Under the pieces are notes generated by a model. It did no database searches and was not told where the DNA came from. It saw only the letters and a list, made by a program, of their open reading frames with translations. From a virus (taxonomy: Duplodnaviria; Heunggongvirae; Uroviricota; Caudoviricetes): a stretch of DNA of 64,000 bases. Positions 1 to 9,062 of the stretch are shown here, one piece after another (position 1 is the stretch's first letter; each line of letters starts with the position of its first letter). A program made the position numbers and the translations under genes. Location: positions 25,253 through 89,252 of the IMG/VR virus record IMGVR_UViG_3300037466_003153, one strand, 5' to 3'.

Positions 1-155
1 TCATCAACAGATTTACCTCCGGCAGCACCTTCTTCGGATGCTTCCATTTCAGGAGCTTCACCTTCAACCGCTTGTTCTACAGCTTGTTCGGTGACATTTT
101 CTGCTGGTGTATTTGCTGCTTCTGGTGCAGCACTAGATTGTACTTGTTCAGACAT
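1..155 (-). CDS. Partial CDS (N-terminal part only; continues past the window start): acidic Ala/Glu-rich protein, probably virion-associated
   Basis: Reverse-strand ATG at 153-155. Open frame runs to position 1 (MSEQVQSSAAPEAANTPAENVTEQAVEQAVEGEAPEMEAS...). Same strand as the structural module. Confidence 0.4.
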   Translation of the reverse strand, partial: MSEQVQSSAAPEAANTPAENVTEQAVEQAVEGEAPEMEASEEGAAGGKSVD

Positions 156-238
156 ATATTATCCTTATTAAGTGTATGCCAAAGCAATAATAACATATGC
201 TTAAAACATACGATTAGCTATCGCGTTAGTGCGGTAAG

Positions 239-260
239 CCTCTATAATAAGTTGTTAACC
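239..260 (-). promoter_or_regulatory. Late-promoter-like motif, exact 22-mer copy
   Basis: Identical to 6303-6324. Lies ~83 nt upstream of the ATG at 155. Confidence 0.45.
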
Positions 261-388
261 AATAAATAAAGACTAAAAAATTAAAAAGTAAGCTTAATCT
301 AAATACACTTCTTTTGATTTTTATCTTGGTGTGATAATGAGTTTTTTTGGTTTTTTGACCTTTTTTTAAATAAATAATTTTAGCCATT

Positions 389-2329
389 TTAAGCTTCAAA
401 CCAAAAAATACAATAAACAGATGGAGTTGCGTTTGCTTTTGCTAGTGCAGTAAAAAGAACTGACTTCCCTGGAGGTACAACAAGATATGGTTTCATATCG
501 CTAGTTGTTCCACTAGCTCCAGTAAGAGGGTTTGCGCTACCAGTAGGAGATGGAATTGTAAGTAAGGTTGAACCTTTCGCACTATATGTGGGCGATGTAT
601 ATGCGTTTGCAACAGAGACGTTAGAAGAGCCTGCGTTCATATTTGCTATAGATTGAACAGTTCCATTTGTGGTGATTGTAGGATTTAAATTGATACGAGT
701 TTTTACCCAGTTGGCACTAGATACGTCTGCACCGGCGAGAATATTTGTAAAGTATAAATTCTTTCCACTGTTTGAAGGGTTAGAAATTAATATAATTCCA
801 CTTTCTGCAGAGTTCACGTTAATTGTATCAACGTTGATTCCGAATGAAAAACCCTGAATAGATGCAGCATTCATGTCCTCTGCAGTACGAAGAGAGTTTG
901 TTGGAGTGACATTTGCTTTACGCCATTGGTAATAACCATCGGAAATACCTTTACTATTACAGCCGGTATCACCCATTCCTAGTGCTTGGACTTTAAAGGT
1001 GGGCGCACCAGAAAGAGTTGATGCACCGTTAAGTACATGCATACGGAGAGGTAGAACAATACTATCCGGAGTCACGAGCTGAGCAACAGCGACAGGAATC
1101 TGAGTTGTTCCAACAAAGAAATAAACACTATCGGCACGAACATTCATGCCTAAAAGTCCTGGCGTTCCCTTAACAAAGGATGTATATGTATTAAGGTTTT
1201 GTGACCAAATTTTCGAACCATTCGAGTAAATACACGCATTAAGATTTCCACTTGAATTAATTTCAAATCCGATCGCATTTAAAAGTGGAGTTGTAACTGT
1301 GTATGAAGGGTTTGGAGTTCCAAGACCAAAAAATCTATGGCATCCAGTAACAAAATTTGTTTCGAACTGGAAAAGACCACCGATTTCAAAAAATGAAGTA
1401 CCGATTGGACTGAAGGTAGGTTGAGAACTAATACCAATTGCACTTGCTGCTGCAGTTCCTGTAGAAAGAGTAAGAGTACCTGAGCTTTGAGAAGCAGCTC
1501 CAGCACCGGCAGTAACTGGAGAATTCCATCGGTTGACGGTGTCAAATCCTGAAGAATCGAACGTGTCAGTGAAGAGTGCTGTTGATTCAGGACTGACAGA
1601 AAGATGTCCATATGGCGTCGCCGTGAGTGATAGTCCATTGCACTCATTGAGTGCAACAGGCTTATTATTCAAATTTGTAGCAGAATCGATAATACCATAA
1701 GCTACGTTAAGATTGAACGTAGTTGTCGTTGCATTCCCGATATTTGTTACAACAACATTGACGTAGTTACCATTAACAACATTGGACCTTGCCCATCCCG
1801 CATTTGCATTAACAACAAAGGTTTCAGAATAAGCAAGAGCTGTTCCTGCTGCATCAATATACTGATTAATCGTGATTTGCATCGGCTGATCAGATGTCAT
1901 CAATATTGTATAGCTTGGTTGATTTACAGTAGTTTCAACACTGCCTATAAATGTAGCACCTGCTGCTAATTGTGCTGTAGTAGAGTTAACTGTACTGAAA
2001 ACATAATTGGTGGCACACAATGCAACTGCAAGATTATTAATTCCTGCAGAAGGAACTGTTCCTAGTCGATTTCCTGTTCCATCGCTAAGATTAACGTTGA
2101 CATTTCCAGAAGAATCAACTGATAACCCTTGAAGATTTCCAGAACTATTTTTTCCCGCAATAAAAGTCGCACTTGAAGGAACAGATGAACTAGTCGTTCC
2201 TGTAGAATAATCAATTACTTTTAAATTACCATGAATGTCAGCTCCAACAGGATTGGTTTCTAGTCCAGTACTGTCAGAACCGACGATCTTAGTAGATCCA
2301 GAAGATTGAATATCATTAAGATCTGCCAT
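389..2329 (-). CDS. Tail fiber / tail spike-like protein (646 aa, Ser/Thr/Asn/Gly-rich, predicted beta-rich)
   Basis: Long ORF at the distal end of the minus-strand late module, downstream of terminase and portal. Composition is typical of phage fibers. Confidence 0.55.
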   Translation of the reverse strand: MADLNDIQSSGSTKIVGSDSTGLETNPVGADIHGNLKVIDYSTGTTSSSVPSSATFIAGKNSSGNLQGLSVDSSGNVNVNLSDGTGNRLGTVPSAGINNLAVALCATNYVFSTVNSTTAQLAAGATFIGSVETTVNQPSYTILMTSDQPMQITINQYIDAAGTALAYSETFVVNANAGWARSNVVNGNYVNVVVTNIGNATTTTFNLNVAYGIIDSATNLNNKPVALNECNGLSLTATPYGHLSVSPESTALFTDTFDSSGFDTVNRWNSPVTAGAGAASQSSGTLTLSTGTAAASAIGISSQPTFSPIGTSFFEIGGLFQFETNFVTGCHRFFGLGTPNPSYTVTTPLLNAIGFEINSSGNLNACIYSNGSKIWSQNLNTYTSFVKGTPGLLGMNVRADSVYFFVGTTQIPVAVAQLVTPDSIVLPLRMHVLNGASTLSGAPTFKVQALGMGDTGCNSKGISDGYYQWRKANVTPTNSLRTAEDMNAASIQGFSFGINVDTINVNSAESGIILISNPSNSGKNLYFTNILAGADVSSANWVKTRINLNPTITTNGTVQSIANMNAGSSNVSVANAYTSPTYSAKGSTLLTIPSPTGSANPLTGASGTTSDMKPYLVVPPGKSVLFTALAKANATPSVYCIFWFEA

Positions 2330-2333
2330 AAAA

Positions 2334-3083
2334 TTATACTAATACGCCAATAATTGTGGAATATAAATCCTGATCGGCCAAATCTTTGTTAGTTCTAATA
2401 ACACGAATTTTACCACTAGTAGGACAATCTAAAGCTTGAGAAAGAGTTAATTCTAAATTGGGATTTGATGTGCTATTAAAAAGAACGGCTTTTGTTGTAA
2501 AAGTTACACCGTCAGTTGCAATTTGTATTTCAATTTTGAGTTTACCACTAGCAGATGCTAACACTTGAGTTAGACGAAATATTCCACTAGCAACGGTGTA
2601 ATCGTGGTTTGAAGTTCCGGCAGCAGCTACTGCAGAAGATGTGGAGTAATCGTGAACTTCAGTTCCTTCTGATTCTTCGATAGAAACAGGAAGTGGATTA
2701 GATTGAGTATATGCAGCACCGGTTTCATCATGAAGTGAAATATCTAATGCGTGTACTGTTGAATTTGTAATTGCTGTTAAACGTTTTGTTTGGTCAGAGT
2801 CAGAAGGACTAGAAGTACGGACATGTGCAACGATACCAATATTTGAAGGATCAGTATTTGTTGATGCATTATAAACACCATCAATATTGACGCTGCCTTG
2901 TTCTGATAATTTTACAACTTTATCTGTACCAGTGGGATCATTACCGTGAATTTCAACGTGAGCATTACTATCACTATCTACAGTCATTTGTTGTGTCGTT
3001 GGGCTTGTTTTATCAACAATTTTTACACCAACATCACCAGCGGTTTCTGTTCTAATCGGTAAGCTGCTATTATAATCTGACAT
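2334..3083 (-). CDS. Virion structural protein (249 aa), paralogous segment shared with 3281..3865
   Basis: Immediately upstream of the tail fiber (4-nt gap). Shares the motif SNPLPV(S/E)(I/V)..E.. with the 194-aa protein. Confidence 0.45.
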   Translation of the reverse strand: MSDYNSSLPIRTETAGDVGVKIVDKTSPTTQQMTVDSDSNAHVEIHGNDPTGTDKVVKLSEQGSVNIDGVYNASTNTDPSNIGIVAHVRTSSPSDSDQTKRLTAITNSTVHALDISLHDETGAAYTQSNPLPVSIEESEGTEVHDYSTSSAVAAAGTSNHDYTVASGIFRLTQVLASASGKLKIEIQIATDGVTFTTKAVLFNSTSNPNLELTLSQALDCPTSGKIRVIRTNKDLADQDLYSTIIGVLV

Positions 3084-3086
3084 GTA

Positions 3087-3266
3087 TTATCCTCCGAAAG
3101 ATTTAATTTTATTTTCCAATTCTTCTTCTTTAGTCTTTTGAATGACAACCGCAGCTTCTAGACGTTTTATTTCTTCCATTCTTTCTAAAATTCTTAATTC
3201 TTGTTCTGATCTAGCGGCTTTTACTTGGAGCAATTGAGATTCAAGTCTTTTCAGTTCTAAATTCAT
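3087..3266 (-). CDS. Small coiled-coil protein (59 aa)
   Basis: ATG at 3266 (reverse) to TAA at 3087. MNLELKRLESQLLQVKAARSEQELRILERMEEIKRLEAAVVIQKTKEEELENKIKSFGG. A late-promoter-like motif lies just upstream. Confidence 0.3.
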   Translation of the reverse strand: MNLELKRLESQLLQVKAARSEQELRILERMEEIKRLEAAVVIQKTKEEELENKIKSFGG

Positions 3267-3274
3267 TTAGTTTA

Positions 3275-3295
3275 CCTATACTAAGTTGTTAAAAT
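3275..3295 (-). promoter_or_regulatory. Late-promoter-like motif variant (TTTTAACAACTTAGTATAGG)
   Basis: Upstream of the 59-aa coiled-coil ORF. Overlaps the stop of 3281..3865. Confidence 0.35.
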
Positions 3296-3865
3296 AATTT
3301 GCAATCTTGTGTTAAAATCACCCAAATCTGGCCTGTTATGTAAAACTTTAACATTTACTACTGAATTTGAAGGGAGTAATATTCCTTTATTACTATCAGC
3401 ATCAAAAACAAATGTTTCGTTCAAAGAATTTCCAAAGTATGTTCGCTTTTTACAACTTAATACGTTATTAATATAAAGCTCATAAGTTGCAATGTTAGTA
3501 CCGCTTACATCAGCTTTTTGTATATACGCAGTTTTTCCTGATGGAACTGTATAGTTAATTATTGTTGTGCTAATTCCAGAAACTACCGAACTAACTTCAT
3601 TAAATAGAGAAATTACTTCTTCGTTAGTTGTATTTTGACTAACAACTTCAACCGGTAGTGGATTTGATGAAGAAAAAGAATTACCCGATCCATCTTTTAT
3701 CCAAGCTTCAATGGAATCTTCTGTAGCATTGATAGCAACTTCCTGTTGACCAGAAAGAGTAACATCCGATTCTATATCAACTCGAATACGATCGTTTTCT
3801 TCATCGAACGCACGTTTAATGATTTGACCTGAATCTAATAATGATGGATTTGGATTTTTTGACAA
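3281..3865 (-). CDS. Virion structural protein (194 aa)
   Basis: Sits in the late module and shares the SNPLPV motif with 2334..3083. Confidence 0.45.
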   Translation of the reverse strand: MSKNPNPSLLDSGQIIKRAFDEENDRIRVDIESDVTLSGQQEVAINATEDSIEAWIKDGSGNSFSSSNPLPVEVVSQNTTNEEVISLFNEVSSVVSGISTTIINYTVPSGKTAYIQKADVSGTNIATYELYINNVLSCKKRTYFGNSLNETFVFDADSNKGILLPSNSVVNVKVLHNRPDLGDFNTRLQIILTT

Positions 3866-4207
3866 TTATTTACCCATTAATGCTTTAATTCTTTCGAATC
3901 GTGCTGATTGTTGTTTGGCCCTGTTGGAAAAATCTACAGCTCTACTTAAAGCTTGCTGTTTTCTAGCAACTTCAATTAGTGGAGAACCTGCATCTACGGC
4001 TTGATTAACTGCTTTATTTGCCAAAGCTTCTTTGGCGAGATTATAACCTTCACCTACTTCAGATACTGGACTAATAGTACCAGCTACAGCTCCGACAAGA
4101 TTATGATAATAATCATTTTCTTCTGGTGTTGGTTCGGGATTGAGATCCCCTTGTTTGTTACGTTGTAATTGGAGTGCTGCTAATTTTTTAAGCTCATCAT
4201 AATCCAT
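3866..4207 (-). CDS. Hypothetical late protein (113 aa)
   Basis: Tightly packed between the portal and the structural genes. Confidence 0.4.
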   Translation of the reverse strand: MDYDELKKLAALQLQRNKQGDLNPEPTPEENDYYHNLVGAVAGTISPVSEVGEGYNLAKEALANKAVNQAVDAGSPLIEVARKQQALSRAVDFSNRAKQQSARFERIKALMGK

Positions 4208-4209
4208 AA

Positions 4210-6297
4210 CTATCCTTGCGATTGTGGACCTTGCTGTTGTTGTAATGCGGGATTAGGTAACATGTTTGGATCAACTTTAGGTAAGTTTGGCATAGGAATA
4301 TTTTGTTGCATTCCTGGTGCGTTCATTGTTGGACCACTTGGACCTTGCTGTTGAGTCATTCCAGATTGACCTTGTTCTGGAGTTCCCATCGGACCTTGTT
4401 GTGGATTACCAGGAGGACCACCAGCTTGCGGACCTTGACCTGGTGGAGGGCCAGGAGGTGGTAGAGGTTGTTGTCCTAAAAGTTGTAATAGATTTGGATC
4501 ACCAGTTTGAAGTTGTGTAATGTGAGCTTGAATATGATCTAATGTATTTTGAACAAGCTTTGCATCTTTACGTAAATCTGGATCTTGTAACACTTTACGA
4601 TGTTCCATAATGTGTTCTTTATGGTCATCAATCATTGTTACTGGTGGATTTTCACCATCCATAAGCTTTTCGTTTTCTGCTCTAATAAGATCCAATTCAT
4701 TTTGAAGATCTTCAGTAAGAGCTTCCAATTTACCGGTATTAAGAACTTCAATAAGTTGATTTGGATTCTTAATAATTTGGTATTGCATCATTTGTTGAGC
4801 AAGTTCCATACGTCCAGCAATTGTTTTTGCTAGAGGATTACCAACGTCAACATAAACACGAGTGATGTTAGAAATATCATCACCGACGAATTCCTTAAGT
4901 TCAGTACGGCTAGATTTACCAACGATTGCAAGCATACGTGGAGCTTTTGCGTAATCTTGGAGGATCTTAATAATACCACCACCAACGTCTTCAATAAGTT
5001 GAACGTAGGATTGTTGTAATCCTGACATAAATTGAAGTGCCATTGATTGAACAAGAGCTAGAGCTGCACCAGTTTTAAGAGAAGCTTCTGGATTACCGCG
5101 AGCAACAGAGTTAACACCAGTGAGTGTTTCAGCAACACGTTCTAACATTTGTAGGAAGTCAAAAATTTCTTTAGGTGTATGGCAGAGTTCTAACACTTCT
5201 GGTTTTTCCATACTTTCAATAAGATTCAATCCGCCACCAAGAGAAGAAACGTTCAAATTACTTCCTGGTTTAGACCAGAAATTTTGTACACCTGAAGCGT
5301 TTTGATTGGTGAGAATTGTGCTATAAAGAGTGTTAATTGCTTCTTGAACAGGAAGAACATCAAAGAGAGGTGTATAGCCGTATGGACTTCCAAGAATATC
5401 ACCAGAAGAAATACGGAAAACAGGAATTACACGATATGGCATTCCAATATCTTGGAGAACGATTTCTTCATCCAAGAAAAGCATGTAGCGACCGTTAGGA
5501 AGAGCATCTGTTCTTCTGTGATAAAATTCATATACAGGAACATCATCGGTTTCGTCGTTAAGATTAGTAATCCCAACTCTAAAACGTTCAATATCGCTCT
5601 TTGTTTTTAAACCTTTAATTTTATCTGCAAATTCAGGATATTTTACTGCAAGATCATATTTATTTTTGAATGAACGAACCAACAACCAATCATGGTTTTG
5701 ATGTTCTTTAGTTCCATCCATCACAACATCAAAAGGTGAAAGATTGGAAAATTCAATGTCACCTTCGTAAATAGGACGGTTAGGATCAGGTTCGCCAGTG
5801 GTTTCATCTTCAAAATAATCGTAGATTTCGCCAGTGGTAGCGTTCCATTCCATCTTAATAAAACCAGCGCCGAGAACAACCGCATATTCAACTGCGATTT
5901 TTAAATATTTCTCAAGGCGCTTCTCGCGCATGTAATATTCAAGAATGCCATTTGCGAGTTTACATTGTGAAATTGATTTATAATCTGTATTGACTGCTCT
6001 AGTTTCCATTGTAGGACGATTAGAGGTAGTCATTGTAATAATATGAGAACCAAGATTTCTGAGATGATTAATAGGAAGTTGTACTAATTCGCCTTGTTCG
6101 CCAGAAAAAGAAATTTGATGACCATCAGATACATCATTGTAGTATGCACCGTGATATGCCGCCCACATGGCTTTAAGCTTTTCAAGATAGCCGGAAGATT
6201 CGATATTATTGGACCAAGCTTCGGCTTTAGATAAAAGCACGCTAGCTGTATCCTTACCTTCCTTTGTAGCGAAATAAATATTAGTGGTGTTTTCCAT
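4210..6297 (-). CDS. Probable portal protein (695 aa) with ~115-aa Pro/Gln/Gly-rich disordered C-terminal tail
   Basis: Directly downstream of the large terminase with 27 nt between them. Its size and position fit a portal. The last ~115 residues are PQG-rich low complexity (PPGPPPGQGPQAGGPPGNPQQGP...). Confidence 0.55.
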   Translation of the reverse strand: MENTTNIYFATKEGKDTASVLLSKAEAWSNNIESSGYLEKLKAMWAAYHGAYYNDVSDGHQISFSGEQGELVQLPINHLRNLGSHIITMTTSNRPTMETRAVNTDYKSISQCKLANGILEYYMREKRLEKYLKIAVEYAVVLGAGFIKMEWNATTGEIYDYFEDETTGEPDPNRPIYEGDIEFSNLSPFDVVMDGTKEHQNHDWLLVRSFKNKYDLAVKYPEFADKIKGLKTKSDIERFRVGITNLNDETDDVPVYEFYHRRTDALPNGRYMLFLDEEIVLQDIGMPYRVIPVFRISSGDILGSPYGYTPLFDVLPVQEAINTLYSTILTNQNASGVQNFWSKPGSNLNVSSLGGGLNLIESMEKPEVLELCHTPKEIFDFLQMLERVAETLTGVNSVARGNPEASLKTGAALALVQSMALQFMSGLQQSYVQLIEDVGGGIIKILQDYAKAPRMLAIVGKSSRTELKEFVGDDISNITRVYVDVGNPLAKTIAGRMELAQQMMQYQIIKNPNQLIEVLNTGKLEALTEDLQNELDLIRAENEKLMDGENPPVTMIDDHKEHIMEHRKVLQDPDLRKDAKLVQNTLDHIQAHITQLQTGDPNLLQLLGQQPLPPPGPPPGQGPQAGGPPGNPQQGPMGTPEQGQSGMTQQQGPSGPTMNAPGMQQNIPMPNLPKVDPNMLPNPALQQQQGPQSQG

Positions 6298-6302
6298 TTA
6301 AA

Positions 6303-6324
6303 CCTCTATAATAAGTTGTTAACC
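6303..6324 (-). promoter_or_regulatory. Late-promoter-like motif (GGTTAACAACTTATTATAGAGG on the minus strand) immediately upstream of the portal gene
   Basis: Exact 22-mer identical to 239-260. Abuts the terL stop and ends 5 nt before the portal ATG, so it includes the GAGG Shine-Dalgarno. Confidence 0.45.
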
Positions 6325-7764
6325 TTATTTGATATTTAAAATTTTCTTTAGATTATTAAAATTAGTATTGGTAACTTGCTTGGTTTGATAGAAAACGTTA
6401 GGGCCAGTAGCAGTACCAAAATAAGCCGGATATGGGTTTTTCTGGAATTCAACGTTACGAACTAAATATTTTAAGGAGTCAATCGCGTCAAAGTGTCCTT
6501 TATCTCCAGAACGATCAAAGGAAGTCTTACTTTTATTCCAAACACCTGATTCTAAATGTAAAATTAATGTCTTACATCTTGGATTAATGATAATAAGTTC
6601 ATCCTTAAGCATAATACGCATGTTATTAAGTGCTGCATCAGCGTCATCTTTACGCGTAGGATGAAAAATAAGACCGTGAAGCCGGTAAAGGTCATTAATA
6701 AGGATAAGGTTATTATCTGATACTCGTTTAAATGGGTCTGGACATTCACCCGTAACCGGATGAGTGAAAATCTTAGCTTCTCTTTCCTTGATTCCTCTAG
6801 CTAAAGCATCAGTTGTAAACTGTTGGCCGTTAATAACATACTCATCCTCAATAATGAGTTTATTAACTCTAAAGTCGAAATAGGCAAACAAGACAACTGT
6901 CAAGTCTTTCATACCAACGTCCATTGCAACGTAAGTGTCATAGAAAGGAGGTCTTGGCCATTCCTTCACAATCTTAGCTTTTAGCTCTTCATTAAACTCA
7001 GGAACGATAGCATAATTGTCATCCTTAATAATTTGAGCAAGATATTCTCTTCTAAAGTTGACACTTTCATAACCACCTGCAGCTTTAGCAAGAAGATCAA
7101 TATCGGCTTTTGTTAGACGTGGATTATGGAACACGTTTTTATGACAATAAGCTCCCTCATGTCTTGCAATGTTGATGAATGTTACGAATTCGTGTGATTG
7201 AGACTTAGGAGGTGTGGAACAAAGGATGATTTTTCCTTTAGTCATTGTAGTTGTCGGAAGCAAAATTGAGTTGACGATGTAATCCAAGTCACGAGACACG
7301 AAACCGGCTTCGTCAATAATACAAAGATCAGCGTTAGATCCACGAACAGACTCTGCACGTCCGTTATCACATCCAGCAAATTGAATCTTTGAACCAGTGC
7401 TAGGGAAAACCCATTCACTTGCTGAAGATTTTTCAATTGGTTTTAACTCTTCAGGACAAGATGCAATAATTTCTCTCATGAGCGGTCGAATATTAGTTCT
7501 AACGTCCTTTTGTTTAGGTTGAAGAAACTTTACCACTGCATTCTTTTTTGTAAGACAAAGTTCAATTGCGATTACACAAAGAGTATATGATTTACCAATA
7601 CGACGACTCATTGACCAAACAAGAGTTTTTGTAACTGAGTTTTTATAAAGATTAACCATCTCAACTTGATTAGAGTCGAGGAGAAACGAAAGATTGCCTT
7701 TACGCCAGAGTATTTCTCTAGCCTGTTCAGGAGTTATGTCTATTGTTTTATTCTCATCACTCAT
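6325..7764 (-). CDS. terL: Terminase large subunit (479 aa)
   Basis: Walker A (SRRIGKSYT) and Walker B (LCIIDEAGFV) motifs, followed by a C-terminal nuclease-like domain. Stop and start overlap the neighbouring genes. Confidence 0.85.
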   Translation of the reverse strand: MSDENKTIDITPEQAREILWRKGNLSFLLDSNQVEMVNLYKNSVTKTLVWSMSRRIGKSYTLCVIAIELCLTKKNAVVKFLQPKQKDVRTNIRPLMREIIASCPEELKPIEKSSASEWVFPSTGSKIQFAGCDNGRAESVRGSNADLCIIDEAGFVSRDLDYIVNSILLPTTTMTKGKIILCSTPPKSQSHEFVTFINIARHEGAYCHKNVFHNPRLTKADIDLLAKAAGGYESVNFRREYLAQIIKDDNYAIVPEFNEELKAKIVKEWPRPPFYDTYVAMDVGMKDLTVVLFAYFDFRVNKLIIEDEYVINGQQFTTDALARGIKEREAKIFTHPVTGECPDPFKRVSDNNLILINDLYRLHGLIFHPTRKDDADAALNNMRIMLKDELIIINPRCKTLILHLESGVWNKSKTSFDRSGDKGHFDAIDSLKYLVRNVEFQKNPYPAYFGTATGPNVFYQTKQVTNTNFNNLKKILNIK

Positions 7765-7892
7765 TTCTTAATTTCTTTGGTAAATCCACAAATCGGACAT
7801 TTGAAATAGTTATGTAAACTTTCGTGTGGTCGCAAAATAGCTACATGACAATTGGAACATATAAACTTGCGCAGAAATTCTTCACTTGCCAT
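7761..7892 (-). CDS. Small zinc-ribbon protein (43 aa)
   Basis: MASEEFLRKFICSNCHVAILRPHESLHNYFKCPICGFTKEIKK. Its TGA overlaps the terL ATG in an ATGA arrangement. Confidence 0.3.
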   Translation of the reverse strand: MASEEFLRKFICSNCHVAILRPHESLHNYFKCPICGFTKEIKK

Positions 7893-8208
7893 TGTTGGTA
7901 TACGTTATAAAAGTTTCAAATTGACCACACTTCTTACATCTTCGAAGCATACTTGCTAAACCGTTTCCTTGACCTACTTCATATTCATGAACACAAGATG
8001 GTGTTAGAATAAATGGACTATAAGGTGTTGTTGGACCATAAACTTGTGGTTTAGTTTCAGGTACAGGTGGTATGGCAGGGAAAGTATATTTGGGTTTAGC
8101 TTTCTCTTCAGCGAGCTGACTTTCTAAACTTTTAATAATTTGATCTTTAAATCCAAGGAGCTTTTCAAGAGCTTCAACTTGTTGTTGTAGGATTTGTTCT
8201 TTAGTCAT
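7882..8208 (-). CDS. Hypothetical protein with C-terminal Cys4 zinc finger (108 aa)
   Basis: ORF with CVHEYE...CKKCGQ. Its stop overlaps the upstream gene start. Confidence 0.45.
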   Translation of the reverse strand: MTKEQILQQQVEALEKLLGFKDQIIKSLESQLAEEKAKPKYTFPAIPPVPETKPQVYGPTTPYSPFILTPSCVHEYEVGQGNGLASMLRRCKKCGQFETFITYTNNGK

Positions 8209-8615
8209 TGTTTATCGTCCTTTTGAGCGATGAGAACCAATTCAGCGTCAGTATATTGCCTTTTAGGTTTTTTCTTTTCACCTTCAATAGTGGTAGGATC
8301 TCCACTTAGTAATCTTTTATTTTTAATGAGAAGATCTAGTTGCTTGGTTTCTTCCAATGTAAGCTCTTTAGTCAAAGCTCTCATTTTTAACATATCAATT
8401 TGAGCATTACAGATAGCTAATTCTGGTGATTCAATAATCACTTCAACTTTATTTTCTTTTGGAGTAGCAACTAACTCTCTGAGCTTTACGTTCTCTTCTT
8501 CAAGTTGTTTGATTTTTTCAGCCGAAGCTTTCAAAGCGGTGTATGCAGCATTACAATAAGTTTGTAATTCTTTTTGGTTCTTAAACGTTCCAGCGAGAGT
8601 AATAATTTCAGACAT
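8205..8615 (-). CDS. Coiled-coil protein, possible small terminase subunit (136 aa)
   Basis: Positioned upstream of terL, with coiled-coil sequence. The functional assignment is speculative. Confidence 0.3.
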   Translation of the reverse strand: MSEIITLAGTFKNQKELQTYCNAAYTALKASAEKIKQLEEENVKLRELVATPKENKVEVIIESPELAICNAQIDMLKMRALTKELTLEETKQLDLLIKNKRLLSGDPTTIEGEKKKPKRQYTDAELVLIAQKDDKQ

Positions 8616-8616
8616 T

Positions 8617-8880
8617 TTAACGCCTTAATCCTAGAGCACCGACTTTGTTTTGAACAGAAGACACACGTTCTTCCATTTCAATAAGCTTGTCTTTGATTTC
8701 TTTATTAGGTTCGGGAACTTTCTTGAATTCGAGATACATCCAGAACCCATTTAGACCGGCCAAGGCAGAGATAGCTATGGCGTCACCAATAGATGCACCA
8801 AACACTAATATGCGAATAAGAAAAGCAGATAATAATATCTGTGTTAGAGACTTGATTTTAAACATTCCCAATCCTTTCAA
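8617..8880 (-). CDS. Small membrane protein (87 aa)
   Basis: Two hydrophobic helices. First gene of the minus-strand block, preceded by a divergent control region. Confidence 0.45.
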   Translation of the reverse strand: MKGLGMFKIKSLTQILLSAFLIRILVFGASIGDAIAISALAGLNGFWMYLEFKKVPEPNKEIKDKLIEMEERVSSVQNKVGALGLRR

Positions 8881-8996
8881 GGGTATGGTTCATTTTTTGT
8901 TATCCCGTAAGGGGTAAACTAAGAATTACAAGGTTGCGTAAGTAGCTAGTTTTATTAAATTTCCCAAATGGGTCGTCTACATTGCTAACTTTCATT

Positions 8997-9020
8997 CTCT
9001 TATAAGAAGTTGTTAATTTA
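8997..9020 (-). promoter_or_regulatory. Late-promoter-like motif copy (TTAACAACTTCTTATAAGAG on the minus strand)
   Basis: Third copy of the conserved structural-module motif. Lies in the divergent intergenic region 8881-9062. Confidence 0.4.
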
Positions 9021-9062
9021 TTAGGACTTGATGTTTGCGAGCGGCTATTATAAAATAGATAT

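Noticed and set aside
1279-1656. ORFs from the six-frame track that lie inside or antisense to long genes. These are 669-857, 1279-1656, 4317-5610 (several), 6564-6749, 7242-7436, 12406-12956, 13118-13519, 16971-17348, 27352-27558, 32539-32940, 35370-35721, 36098-36391, 46756-46983, 48420-49050, 50442-51019, 53104-54907, 57930-58293, 59554-59934 and 60441-61222.
   Set aside because: They overlap better-supported genes, lack ribosome-binding sites, and have odd composition (for example poly-Leu/Ser from antisense reading). They are best treated as spurious.
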